A stretch of DNA of 29,963 bases from a virus (IMGVR_UViG_3300005805_000323:1-29963), one strand, 5' to 3'. Shown: positions 8,773 through 18,551, counted from the first letter of the stretch. The notes: generated from the sequence alone by a model not told the origin. Made by a program: numbers and translations.

Positions 8773-9790
8773 TTTTAACCGTTCTGGAAATAGCTTGTGC
8801 ATAGAAAGACACGGGGCTATTGACAGTTGCCTTTGCAGGTTCGCCACTTTCTTCTTCGACTTGTTCAAGAAGATTTTGCTTGCTCGATGCTTTGTCAGAA
8901 GGGAAATAATTCTCTTTGACAATCTCTAGCTTCTTACGATAGTTCTCTGAAGAGTCGTATTCAACACCTTCAGAAAGAGCCATCAGTTTCTCTGCTTGAG
9001 TAGCAGCAAGTCCTTCGGAAACCTGAGCAAAAATTTCTTTACGAGTAGACTCACTCAACGATTTTTTCAGAGTAATGTTTTCTTCCATCACTGCATCAAG
9101 CTTCGATTGAATTTCTTCTACTTCTTGTTGCATACCTTCTACAACGTCGAACTTCTCTTCTGGAACAGAAATATAGCTTTCCTCAAATAAGCCTTTTAGC
9201 TTCTCAATGAAAGACTCTGTAATCTCAGAACGTAGCGAGTGCTCGATAGCAACTTGATTTTCTTTCATCCACTGCTCTGCAACATAAGACATGTACTGGT
9301 CAATTTTCTCAGTAAGGTCTTCGTGGATATTAACCAACTCTTCTTCAAGAGCTGTGTTGTATTGTTCTTCAAGATCAGCAATAGCTTCATTTATTTTAGC
9401 TGTAACTGCAGCTTCAAAAATTACTGTTGCTTTCTCTTTAAAATCTTCAGACAATTCAGAACCAGCAAACATTGCGTCAACGTCTTCCTTAACACTGTTA
9501 GGTGCAAAGCTGTAAGACTGGCCAGGTGTAGCAGCGCTACCCTTCATACCAACAGAAGCTTTGTTACCGCCTGCTGTGTCTTTTGTCGTCTTAACGTTGT
9601 TCTCTGTGCTTGTCTCTTCCTCACCCTCACCTGGTGCAATGTGAGCAATTTTATTCATGCTCTCACCGTTACCAAGATTGGAAGCTGGTAGAGTTGCATT
9701 CTTTGCAACAGGATCAGCTGTATGAGCAACACCAGTAGCACCGCCACCAGTTTGGATCTTTTCGTCCAGTTGTTTTTGTTTTACGGTCAT
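8768..9790 (-). CDS. gp22: prohead core scaffold protein (T4 gp22)
   Basis: Acidic coiled coil; LSEDFKEKATVIFEAAV, YVAEQWMKEN and KENYF motifs; between gp21 and gp23. Confidence 0.92.
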   Translation of the reverse strand: MTVKQKQLDEKIQTGGGATGVAHTADPVAKNATLPASNLGNGESMNKIAHIAPGEGEEETSTENNVKTTKDTAGGNKASVGMKGSAATPGQSYSFAPNSVKEDVDAMFAGSELSEDFKEKATVIFEAAVTAKINEAIADLEEQYNTALEEELVNIHEDLTEKIDQYMSYVAEQWMKENQVAIEHSLRSEITESFIEKLKGLFEESYISVPEEKFDVVEGMQQEVEEIQSKLDAVMEENITLKKSLSESTRKEIFAQVSEGLAATQAEKLMALSEGVEYDSSENYRKKLEIVKENYFPSDKASSKQNLLEQVEEESGEPAKATVNSPVSFYAQAISRTVKK

Positions 9791-9814
9791 TTAAAGCTCC
9801 TTTGACGTTTTATT

Positions 9815-9822
9815 TATTTATA
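9815..9822 (-). promoter_or_regulatory. T4 late promoter TATAAATA upstream of gp22
   Basis: Exact consensus in the intergenic gap, followed by an AAGGAG ribosome-binding site. Confidence 0.85.
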
Positions 9823-9825
9823 AAG

Positions 9826-10485
9826 TTATTTTTTCGAAAGGTCTTGGAAGAACTGTTTAAATACTTTAATTGCAGTTTCTTCGGATATTCTTTGACGAGC
9901 ACCGCGATTAATTTCTTCTTTGTACTGTTCAATTCGCTGCGCTTTAAGGAGACCGTTGTCCCATACCCACTCAACACCTTCCATAATTCCTCTTACAAAA
10001 GCGTCAGGAGCAGAAGGATCAGCAACAATGTCGCCAGCAGTAGCTAGATGGAAGTCGTCCTGCACTTCCATAATTCCTTTTGCATTCTCTTTGATACTAC
10101 CCATACCGCGTGAGGAAATACCAAGCGAAGCACCTTCGCTAATCAATCCCTTAACAATATTTCCCATTGGGGTATCAAGCACCTTTGCTTTACCCATGAT
10201 GTTATTGTTTTCACGGTACAGTTTCTTAAACATAATACATGCACGCTCAAGATTAATTGTAGGACCCGATGGGTGTCCCAGCTCACCATATGCTCTGTTC
10301 TTCGAAACATACTGTTCGTTGTAGCGATGCATCTCTTTTTCGAGGACATTGATACGGTACATGCGGCCGTTGCGATTTTCAATCTCGCCCTGCATGATAA
10401 CACCCTCGATAAAGACATGCTTTTTACCATCTCTGTCTTCGACGAGGTATTTCACGTCCTCATTTAATTCGGTAATTAATTTCAT
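9826..10485 (-). CDS. gp21: prohead protease (T4 gp21)
   Basis: MKLITE, NRNGRMY, GELGHP, GISSRGMGS and DIVADPSAPDAFV motifs. Confidence 0.96.
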   Translation of the reverse strand: MKLITELNEDVKYLVEDRDGKKHVFIEGVIMQGEIENRNGRMYRINVLEKEMHRYNEQYVSKNRAYGELGHPSGPTINLERACIMFKKLYRENNNIMGKAKVLDTPMGNIVKGLISEGASLGISSRGMGSIKENAKGIMEVQDDFHLATAGDIVADPSAPDAFVRGIMEGVEWVWDNGLLKAQRIEQYKEEINRGARQRISEETAIKVFKQFFQDLSKK

Positions 10486-10493
10486 ACTTGTCC

Positions 10494-10736
10494 TTACGTG
10501 AATGCTACTGATGTGGCTAGAACTGCAACGTTTGCTGCAATTGTATCGGTTGGCTGTTTAATAAAGTACTCAACCGTTCCACCAGGTACCGTGCATGTAC
10601 CAATCGTGCCACCAACGTTTGCAACCGTAATTACTGCGTTAGCTGTTGCGTAAACTCTTACACAGCTAGCTGTGGATACAGTATTTGCTGTTGTAAGAGA
10701 TATTTGTGTACCAATTAATTTGACTGTCTCAGCCAT
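10494..10736 (-). CDS. small Thr/Ala/Val-rich hypothetical protein, possibly virion-associated
   Basis: 80-aa beta-rich ORF within the head gene block, with a GAGG ribosome-binding site. Confidence 0.65.
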   Translation of the reverse strand: MAETVKLIGTQISLTTANTVSTASCVRVYATANAVITVANVGGTIGTCTVPGGTVEYFIKQPTDTIAANVAVLATSVAFT

Positions 10737-11775
10737 TTAACACCTCACTAACTACCTCTACAACTTCTTCATACTGTTCAGCCTCGATCATCTCAATCAT
10801 TACTTGTTTGTGCTCGTCATCCAGCTGCTCATACACACTCTTTACTTGCTCACGCACGCCTTCTTCGAAGCAGTCAAAAAGATCAACATCTTCTTTCATC
10901 TTCATTGGCTTTGGAGGTTGTGCATATTCAACAGACTGTTGTAAATCATCATGCAGATCTTGCAACGTACGATGTAAATTCTTCATCGTGTACGTATGAC
11001 CTGAATGCATGTTGCCACCCTTTTCTTTATTATATTCAGTGGGTGCCATTGCAGCTTCTTTATGAGCATCAACATGTGCTCCAATTTTCTTTAACATATC
11101 TTTAACGCCAGCATGATATGTTACGTACTGATCATGACGGGCCGCTTCATCCAACTCAACTTCTTCTGATGTTGGCTTAACACCGGATAGTCTTGCATGG
11201 CCTCTCATCAAATCTTTAGTATTTTTTTCAGCTTCTTTTTTAGAGATTGGTTTTGCTTTGAAGGGATATTGAAGATCAGCATCTTTGTGAATACGATCAA
11301 CTTTTTTATTCATATATGACCTAACAGTTGACTTTTTCAACTCGTCAATCTGCTCAGTCTCCTCAGCAACCTTCTTAGCTGTTGCTGTTGCGATCGCCAT
11401 TTTCTTTCCCATTGGCATGCTAGGATTATCACGTTCAATTGCTTGAGCAACATCCTCACGCTTCTTCATTTCAGCAGATGTCAGTTTCTTTTCACCAAGG
11501 ATCTGTGTAAGTGTCTTTTGTTCATATACTTCTTGATCTTGCTTGGTGTTGTATCCGTGACGAGTCGCAGCACGATCATATGCCTTGATATTGGTTGCAC
11601 GGAAGTGATCGTCGCCGTTTCCATTTACATCATCTGTCTTCTTTACGACATGTTTGTCCATAAAGCGTTTTTCATCCTTTGTCTTTGGGACATAGGATGT
11701 AACAGAGTCAGGCTCAATAGGAGCTGTTGGCTCAGGCTTCTCCGTCTTTTCCAGCAGTTGCTTCAATGTTTTCAT
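10729..11775 (-). CDS. hypothetical charged protein, probable prohead core / internal head protein
   Basis: Between portal and protease; many hydrophobic-x-E sites (QLLE, QIDE, ELDE). Start moved to MKTLKQ at 11775, which has a GAGG site upstream. Confidence 0.6.
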   Translation of the reverse strand: MKTLKQLLEKTEKPEPTAPIEPDSVTSYVPKTKDEKRFMDKHVVKKTDDVNGNGDDHFRATNIKAYDRAATRHGYNTKQDQEVYEQKTLTQILGEKKLTSAEMKKREDVAQAIERDNPSMPMGKKMAIATATAKKVAEETEQIDELKKSTVRSYMNKKVDRIHKDADLQYPFKAKPISKKEAEKNTKDLMRGHARLSGVKPTSEEVELDEAARHDQYVTYHAGVKDMLKKIGAHVDAHKEAAMAPTEYNKEKGGNMHSGHTYTMKNLHRTLQDLHDDLQQSVEYAQPPKPMKMKEDVDLFDCFEEGVREQVKSVYEQLDDEHKQVMIEMIEAEQYEEVVEVVSEVLNG

Positions 11776-12010
11776 CGGATGTTTCCTCGTTATCATCTGT
11801 ATCTAACTCAGCAGAGGTTTCCTCTTCTGAACCTTCCTCAGACTCGTCTTCGTAGTTAAAATAATTCTTTGCGACTTCGATCTTTTTTGCTTGAATTGCA
11901 TCAGAAATTTTATCAAGCACTAAAGAGTTAAATGCAGACTGAAACTCACTTGGACTTTCTTTTGTTGCTGCACCAATCATATCATCGATAGTAAATTGTT
12001 TGTCACTCAT
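11732..12010 (-). CDS. small acidic prohead core protein (gp67/gp68-like position)
   Basis: Directly after the portal gene; F..AF...V..KI...I...K..VA...F pattern with an acidic tail; GGAG site before MSDKQ. Confidence 0.6.
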   Translation of the reverse strand: MSDKQFTIDDMIGAATKESPSEFQSAFNSLVLDKISDAIQAKKIEVAKNYFNYEDESEEGSEEETSAELDTDDNEETSDENIEATAGKDGEA

Positions 12011-12026
12011 TTTTTTCTCCAATTAT

Positions 12027-13646
12027 TTAGTTATTTTGATCACCGGGAGCGACCGAGCTAACACCACCTGGTTGCGGGCCTTGAGGCGTCATACCAGCTG
12101 GTGCATTACCACCTGGTATGGGGTTACCATTCTCATCTGATTGTTGTTGATAGAGCGGGTTCTCCTGCTCTGCCATAATCTGTTCATCCATCTCTTGCAT
12201 TTCTTCTTCCGATTGGAATAGTACATTCTTACGTACCCACTCGTTAGAGAAGTAGCGGCCGACATATGGGTCGACAAGTTGAAGAGTAGACATTCTGTCA
12301 CGCAACACAATTGTATTTTTTTGCTGCTCGTAATAATTATCTTGTGCGTAATCAAAGCTGATTGACTGCTCGATAGCCTGCCAATCTTCTAACGTCATTA
12401 CGTTTTTAAGAATTAACTGCTTCTGTAGAGCCTCGAGGAACAAATGATTGAATCTTGTGCGTACACGCTCAATAAACTTTACAAACTTCATTTCGTCGCG
12501 AGACACTTCTGCATCTTGGCTAAACGAAAAAGTTGCTTCTGATTGTAAGCGTGTTACAGGTACGCTTAACGATTCATACAGCTTTCTTTGGAAGTATTCC
12601 ACGTCTTCCATCTGTCCTAGGTTCTGACCTGCTGGTAGAGTTGTAATTTCTGTTCCACGTGATCCATCACGGCGTGGAAACCAATAATCTTCCAACATTG
12701 TCATGAACTTACGATCGTCACGGATCTCACCCGTCGATGAATCGTACACAACTTTATTCTTATGACGAGTCATCATATCACGGAGATATTGCTCCGCCTT
12801 CATCTTTGGTAGATTACCTACATCAATGTAAAATATACGGCGCTCTGGCGCACGTGAAATACGGTAGATAACTGTTGCATCTTCAAGTGCTCTCAACTGA
12901 TTGAGAGGCTTGATTGCTTTGTGTAGATAAGATAGAACAAGTGTGTTGTTCGGATCAAGGATACCAGATGTAACATGTACAATACTATCAAGAGAAATCT
13001 TCAAGCCTTGTACTGTTGTTGCTGTACCAACCTCACCAGCTTTATTTTGGAATCCCTTTTCATTGTATATAAAATACTCTTGTACCTTTTCTGTCGTTAC
13101 AGTATCACTACCCTTGTTTCTTTTACGCTTTACTTCTCTAATCTTGCGTAGCTTACGAGGATCAATGTAACGAAGTTCTTTTATACCATCACCAGGCCTT
13201 GTAACGTCAATAACGATGTGATAGTACATTCTACCATCAACATACCAGCGCTTAAAAAGATCAAAACCTGATTTCTCAAAGTTAAGTAAACCAAGAACGG
13301 TATCAAACTCTTGTGTAATTAACTTTTTTATATTTGCTGACAGCTTTGTGTCATCAAGATTAATCTGAACAATTTTCTTGTTAGGATCAATCACAATAGC
13401 TTCATTAACAACATCATCAACTGCTCTTTCCACTTCGGGATGCATCGACATTTCACGATACTTTGTTACAAGCTCTGCCTCTGTACGAGCAGCACCCTGC
13501 AAATCAATATACGTACCATACGCTCCACCAGCAGCAACAACGACTGCACCATCATCAGTGATTTCAGGTGCAAAAGTTGGTTGCTTTTGTTGCTCTACTT
13601 TCGGATCTTCCGCACGGCGGATCTCGAATCCAAACAAGGTTGCCAT
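12027..13646 (-). CDS. gp20: portal vertex protein (T4 gp20)
   Basis: WYVDGR, LRYIDPRK, RAPERRIFYIDVGNLPKMKAEQY, EDYWFPRRDG and TEITTLP motifs. Confidence 0.98.
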   Translation of the reverse strand: MATLFGFEIRRAEDPKVEQQKQPTFAPEITDDGAVVVAAGGAYGTYIDLQGAARTEAELVTKYREMSMHPEVERAVDDVVNEAIVIDPNKKIVQINLDDTKLSANIKKLITQEFDTVLGLLNFEKSGFDLFKRWYVDGRMYYHIVIDVTRPGDGIKELRYIDPRKLRKIREVKRKRNKGSDTVTTEKVQEYFIYNEKGFQNKAGEVGTATTVQGLKISLDSIVHVTSGILDPNNTLVLSYLHKAIKPLNQLRALEDATVIYRISRAPERRIFYIDVGNLPKMKAEQYLRDMMTRHKNKVVYDSSTGEIRDDRKFMTMLEDYWFPRRDGSRGTEITTLPAGQNLGQMEDVEYFQRKLYESLSVPVTRLQSEATFSFSQDAEVSRDEMKFVKFIERVRTRFNHLFLEALQKQLILKNVMTLEDWQAIEQSISFDYAQDNYYEQQKNTIVLRDRMSTLQLVDPYVGRYFSNEWVRKNVLFQSEEEMQEMDEQIMAEQENPLYQQQSDENGNPIPGGNAPAGMTPQGPQPGGVSSVAPGDQNN

Positions 13647-13660
13647 AATTACTCCATTAA

Positions 13661-13690
13661 AGAAGTGAGCGACTTTCGTCGCCCTCTTCT
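13661..13690 (-). terminator. hairpin between gp19 and gp20 (GAAA loop, short U tract)
   Basis: Minus strand reads AGAAGAGGGCGAC-GAAA-GTCGCTCACTTCT, followed by TTAAT. Confidence 0.6.
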
Positions 13691-13691
13691 A

Positions 13692-14243
13692 TTAAGCTCC
13701 ACCAGCCTGTCCGGTGATGCCGCCACTCACTTGCCACCAATCGTATTGGAAGGTAACTTGAAACTCTTCAATCGAATCAGTATCACCCCAGTTCAGATCG
13801 ATTGCAGAAATCGACGAAGGGTAGATACCATTGAACTTATATTTACGGATTGGAACACCTGTCTTTGAGAACTGTGTTACTTCAGCCGTTGACTTATATA
13901 GGAGAGGTGCAGCAGAGCCAAAAGCACGCAGGTTACCCTGCAGTGAGTTGATTCTGTTTGACCACTCTTCTAATGAGTTACGGATTAGGAAGTCTTCATC
14001 GTTAATAACGGTTACTGTCCAATCACCGAACGTTCTATCACCAGCTAGTCTTACCTTCCGACCAAAATAAGGAATTTCGATCGTACCAAGTGTCGACTCT
14101 GGTATTTGTGCTGCACGAATAAGGAAAGGTGCCTTAATATCGGCTACACTGTTTGCTGGGTTATTAAAAGCAACTTGGAAAAGGGAGCCGCGGGCTCCCC
14201 CCAGTGTTAGTTGACTTCTAATTTCGTTTACATTAAACGCCAT
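13692..14243 (-). CDS. gp19: tail tube protein (T4 gp19)
   Basis: GGAR..LF, AGDRTFGDWTVTVINDEDF and IEEFQVTFQYDWW motifs. Confidence 0.96.
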   Translation of the reverse strand: MAFNVNEIRSQLTLGGARGSLFQVAFNNPANSVADIKAPFLIRAAQIPESTLGTIEIPYFGRKVRLAGDRTFGDWTVTVINDEDFLIRNSLEEWSNRINSLQGNLRAFGSAAPLLYKSTAEVTQFSKTGVPIRKYKFNGIYPSSISAIDLNWGDTDSIEEFQVTFQYDWWQVSGGITGQAGGA

Positions 14244-14262
14244 GTTTGTTCTCCTTTGTCTC

Positions 14263-14270
14263 TATTTATT
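14263..14270 (-). promoter_or_regulatory. late promoter variant AATAAATA upstream of gp19
   Basis: Intergenic, followed by an AAGGAG ribosome-binding site. Confidence 0.6.
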
Positions 14271-14272
14271 GA

Positions 14273-16417
14273 TTAAAACTGACCGACAACTTCGGAGAAC
14301 TCAACACCAGTTCTAACAGCAACAAAGTTCAACTGGATGAAGTTGATGCTCTTAGCAGGTTTAATATAAATGTCACCAACAAACTCATTACGATCAATAA
14401 CTTCACCAGTGTTGTTTGTTTCGTCACACACAACCCTGAAGTCGTAAATACCACGGCGTCCCTGGACATCACGTAGGAACGGCTCAACTAGATTGCGGAA
14501 CTGTGCACGAGTAAAGTCGTCGTTGAACTCAAACAGAGTAAATTTAGCAGCCGTTGCAATTGCCTTTTCAAGCACGATGAACAGACGACGTACATTGATA
14601 CGATCAAATGCGCTTGGCTTAGCAAGTAGAGTCTTGTCTCCATACAGAACAGTACCCTGACCTGGGAAAGTAACAACAGGGTTGATACCAGCTTTGTACA
14701 GAACATCGCGATCTGCTTGACGTGGGTTGTACGCTAGTTTGACAATGTTCTTGATCTGACCGCGGTTAAAACCAGCAGGTGAGAACCAAGGATCTCTTGT
14801 GTCGTCGGTACGTACACACAGACCAGCAATGTCACCGTTCAGTGGAATCCAACGATATAGGTCATTGTACTTGTCGTATTGATACTTGTATCCCGAATCA
14901 ATAACTGCATAAGAAGTGCTTCTTAGTGAGTTACGGAATGTAACAATGTTTGAAATCTCATCGCCTGGATCACCAATCAAGTCAGCTTTCTGTGGCGACA
15001 CAAACACAACACAGTCTTTACGTTTTTCTGCAATATTATCGATTAGATAGTTTGCAACTTGCTCACCGTTTGTACCACCACGTGATACACCTGTCAGCAG
15101 CAACGATACATCAACATCTTCCGCTGAAGCGTAAAGATCGTAACCACTCAATACAGTACCAACTGCAACGTTGTTTTCATCTTGTGCATCAGTACCGTCA
15201 ATAAACGATAGTGTTGTTGCAGCAGCTGCTGTCGAGTTAGCTATACTTGTCGCAACAGCACTAACTGCGCCTGTAAGATCCTTTACAACCCAAACGTAAT
15301 TTGAATTTTGATTAATAATGGTCTTGTAGTAATTGGTTGAACCATCTTCTGTCTTTGCGTCAGTTGCACGTGATAGGCCACCAAAGACTTCAAGCACTGT
15401 ACCTGGTACACCAGTGAACGCACCATCTTCATCACTTACAACAACATGAAGTTCATCAACGTTTACGTTTGCAGCACCGCCGAAACTTGACTGATATGCA
15501 CTGATACCTGGAGCAGTATCCACTACGTTCCAGTATTCCCACTTACGTGCTACTGTATTTGCAGAGAAGTTTTGTGAAAGGCTGTAGCTGTCTTCACAAG
15601 TTAGAGTGAAGCGTGACTCTGTATTAGATGTTGTACCACCTGTTGAGTTTGCATCAGCAACAGCGCTCTTTGCAACAACGCGCATGTATTGCAAACCAAT
15701 ACTTGAGTTACCAACTTCAATGTAATCGCCAATGTTCACAACATCAAGCATAGATGTTGCTTTTGCTGCTGTATCCGAAACTGTTCCGGAACCTAGTAAC
15801 ACTCTGAATACAAGATTTGCTGAACCAATTGTTGCGCTTACTACTGAGTTTGCACCACTTACTTCTGCATTTGCTGCAAGAACATTGAACACGTCGTAGC
15901 TGTAAGCATTTGGTGAAGGGCAAACAGAAATCTTCAACGAGTTTCCAAGAGCACCTGGGTACTTGGCAATATATTTTACATCTGCATCGCCGCTTGCCTC
16001 AATACTTGCTTCCGCTGTTGAAGTAAAATGATCATCATTCTTAATAACATAGAGTGCATTCTCACTGTTTGCAGTGTTGTTTGAACTGCTCCAGTTTGAA
16101 ATAGCAGCTACGTTTGCAACTGCATTACGGCAAACGGTAGCTGTGTTATTAGATGTTGTATTTGCTATACGGGTAACATATAATTTATTACCGTACGATA
16201 GAAAGTTTGCTGCAGTAAAGAATGTTTCTGCATTATGATTTGTTGGCTTACCGAATCTAGCTGTTAGATTGGTTTCTGAATCAACGAGAACACGCTCTCC
16301 GACAGGACCCCAACGGAACACACCGGCAAGGGCACCTTCTGTTGTAGATACTGCGGGGACAACTGTTGTTAGGTCAATTTCAGATACATTTACGCCAGGA
16401 CTAACTTGAAATGGCAT
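14273..16417 (-). CDS. gp18: tail sheath protein (T4 gp18)
   Basis: SPGVNVSEIDLT, F.WGP, PWFSPAG.NRG, FDRINVRRLF and IKPAKSINFIQLNFVA motifs. Confidence 0.97.
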   Translation of the reverse strand: MPFQVSPGVNVSEIDLTTVVPAVSTTEGALAGVFRWGPVGERVLVDSETNLTARFGKPTNHNAETFFTAANFLSYGNKLYVTRIANTTSNNTATVCRNAVANVAAISNWSSSNNTANSENALYVIKNDDHFTSTAEASIEASGDADVKYIAKYPGALGNSLKISVCPSPNAYSYDVFNVLAANAEVSGANSVVSATIGSANLVFRVLLGSGTVSDTAAKATSMLDVVNIGDYIEVGNSSIGLQYMRVVAKSAVADANSTGGTTSNTESRFTLTCEDSYSLSQNFSANTVARKWEYWNVVDTAPGISAYQSSFGGAANVNVDELHVVVSDEDGAFTGVPGTVLEVFGGLSRATDAKTEDGSTNYYKTIINQNSNYVWVVKDLTGAVSAVATSIANSTAAAATTLSFIDGTDAQDENNVAVGTVLSGYDLYASAEDVDVSLLLTGVSRGGTNGEQVANYLIDNIAEKRKDCVVFVSPQKADLIGDPGDEISNIVTFRNSLRSTSYAVIDSGYKYQYDKYNDLYRWIPLNGDIAGLCVRTDDTRDPWFSPAGFNRGQIKNIVKLAYNPRQADRDVLYKAGINPVVTFPGQGTVLYGDKTLLAKPSAFDRINVRRLFIVLEKAIATAAKFTLFEFNDDFTRAQFRNLVEPFLRDVQGRRGIYDFRVVCDETNNTGEVIDRNEFVGDIYIKPAKSINFIQLNFVAVRTGVEFSEVVGQF

Positions 16418-16472
16418 GTCTATCTCCCCTCTGAGGTTTTTTTTATGTAGAAAACTAAAGATTAGTTGATGG

Positions 16473-16480
16473 TATTTATA
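16473..16480 (-). promoter_or_regulatory. T4 late promoter TATAAATA upstream of gp18
   Basis: Exact consensus in the gp17-gp18 gap. Confidence 0.85.
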
Positions 16481-16498
16481 ATTCCAGGGTTTCTGCTC

Positions 16499-18172
16499 TT
16501 AATGATATGCTGCTCCATGCCTCTCCATCATTCGCGCATCGAACTCATCATCCCCAGCAAAAAGCCATGAGTCATCATTCTTTCTTGCAGCTAACATCAT
16601 TGGCTCCACAGCACCACCCCTATCAATAATACCAATAGGCATCATACTTTCTTCAAACGCATCTTCATTTTCCTGTTCTAATTTCTGTCTCAAATCCACG
16701 CTTGTCAATTCTTTAACATAAGACTGACCCATTGCCCAAGCAAATAAAACAAGGCACATTACAAGGTCATCGTGCCCCTCTTCTGCTTCGTAGCTATCAC
16801 CAATGTTTACAAAACGGAATAACTCGTAGAGAATTCTCTCGTCATTAATAACCAGCTTGTCTGACTCAACTTGAGTCTTCAGGCCCATACAACCGATACG
16901 TTTAACTGCTTTTGTGGTTCGAACGCCTAAACGAGTAGCTTGACCAAACCCTGGCGATATTACCTGACCGCTTCTTCCATTATTAATTGTTGTAAGTACA
17001 TTCTCGTATTCTAGATCGTGCTGAAGAATGTTTGCAATCTGCTCGCCAATGTCATTCGTCTCGACAAGAACATACGCACTGTTATAATGTTTGCTCAATT
17101 GGAACACTATGTTGGGATACATCAAAGGAGATATCATATTGTTCTTGTACGAAGCAACCACTCTATACGGAAGCTCCGATACATCAAAGACAACAAAAGC
17201 AGAGTAGTCTCCTTCCACACCCCTAGCTGTGTCTACAACAGTAAAGTACTGCCTACCCGGTACAGGTTGCGCAAATATTTTTGTATCTGGATTACTCAGT
17301 GTTGGTGCAACTGATCGTAAAACTCTTAACTTAGTAGCACTTATTAATGTATGTGAAGAACCAATAAATTCGCACTCAAACTCAACACGGAACTGTTCTT
17401 CCGATGTATTGCGAATTGTCTCTTCACGCCACTTCTGATCTCTACCTGGAACCTGGCTCCAATGGACATCAATTCTCTTATAGTCGTTTTTGCCTTCTTC
17501 ACTGTCTGTCCATATCTTGTAGAACATGTTCAGACCGTTAGGTGTTGAGGTAATTAGTACCTTGGAAGTTTTACCAGAAGAAATAGTTGGGTAAACAGAT
17601 GCAAAGAAGTCTTCTTGCATGTTGTTATCAACGAACGCAAACTCGTCTAGGTATACGAGGTTGAAAGATCCACCACGAATTGCACTTGAGGAAGTAGCTG
17701 ATGCGAGGATCTTCGATCCGTTCTCAAGCTCAATGTTTCCCTTGTTCCACTCAATAATACCTTGCTGAATCCACTTAGGAAGATGTTCATATGCAAGCTG
17801 GATACGCGAAAGAATTTCTCGCGCCTGTTGCATTTTGTGTGCAAGGATAGCAACGTTATAATTGTCATGGAACAATACATACCACAACATAATACCAACA
17901 AGAGTTGTTGTCTTACCACACTGACGAGGCATCTTGCAAATTACAAAACGCTCCTCAATAGACAACTCAACAATATCTTTTTGATAATCGTAGAGGTTAA
18001 AGTTGATCAAACCCTTATCAACGTTAACAATCTTAATATATGTTTCAATAAAATATACTGGATCCTTCGCACATTTCATCCACTCCTTAATCTGATCAGG
18101 AGTCCATTCGTGCTTAACGTTTGAACGTTTTAAGTTTTGATTGCCAAGATATGACTCATTTACTTTGCTCAT
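16499..18172 (-). CDS. gp17: terminase large subunit (T4 gp17)
   Basis: PRQCGKTT Walker A, YLDEFAF Walker B, STPNG, and nuclease motifs VDTARG and HDDLVM. Confidence 0.97.
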   Translation of the reverse strand: MSKVNESYLGNQNLKRSNVKHEWTPDQIKEWMKCAKDPVYFIETYIKIVNVDKGLINFNLYDYQKDIVELSIEERFVICKMPRQCGKTTTLVGIMLWYVLFHDNYNVAILAHKMQQAREILSRIQLAYEHLPKWIQQGIIEWNKGNIELENGSKILASATSSSAIRGGSFNLVYLDEFAFVDNNMQEDFFASVYPTISSGKTSKVLITSTPNGLNMFYKIWTDSEEGKNDYKRIDVHWSQVPGRDQKWREETIRNTSEEQFRVEFECEFIGSSHTLISATKLRVLRSVAPTLSNPDTKIFAQPVPGRQYFTVVDTARGVEGDYSAFVVFDVSELPYRVVASYKNNMISPLMYPNIVFQLSKHYNSAYVLVETNDIGEQIANILQHDLEYENVLTTINNGRSGQVISPGFGQATRLGVRTTKAVKRIGCMGLKTQVESDKLVINDERILYELFRFVNIGDSYEAEEGHDDLVMCLVLFAWAMGQSYVKELTSVDLRQKLEQENEDAFEESMMPIGIIDRGGAVEPMMLAARKNDDSWLFAGDDEFDARMMERHGAAYH

Positions 18173-18548
18173 TCTGTTTCTTTATCAATTTCTGTAGCTC
18201 TGCAGTGCTTCCAACAAACAGATTATTGTTTACTGTTGTTGGTGCTGGACCTATTCCGGTCAGATCTTTTTTACGTTTTTGAAGCTCGAGTAAATCTTTG
18301 TTAGCATCCGCTACTGTTTTGAGTAAAGTAGCAACGACCTCAAACGCACGTGGGTGTTGAGACATTCCAGCAACATCAACAATACTAGTTAATGCTTCCT
18401 GTCCTTTTTCAATTGCAGCAATTAAGTTGCCTCGTGCATACTCAAAATCATCAGTGACCTGTGTGTCGCCATAATTTGAAACAACAGCAACAGGTTGTTG
18501 ATCTAGAGGTGCAAGATCTAATGTTTGAGCAATTTGATCATTTTTCAT
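18156..18548 (-). CDS. gp16: terminase small subunit (T4 gp16)
   Basis: DDFEYARGNL, HPRAFEV and NNLFVGSTAELQKL motifs; overlaps the start of gp17. Confidence 0.92.
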   Translation of the reverse strand: MKNDQIAQTLDLAPLDQQPVAVVSNYGDTQVTDDFEYARGNLIAAIEKGQEALTSIVDVAGMSQHPRAFEVVATLLKTVADANKDLLELQKRKKDLTGIGPAPTTVNNNLFVGSTAELQKLIKKQNEQSK

Positions 18549-18551
18549 AAA

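Noticed and set aside
14183-14199. Inverted repeat gggagcc-gcg-ggctccc near the gp19 start
   Set aside because: Only 7 bp and it encodes the conserved GGAR stretch; no evidence of a separate role.
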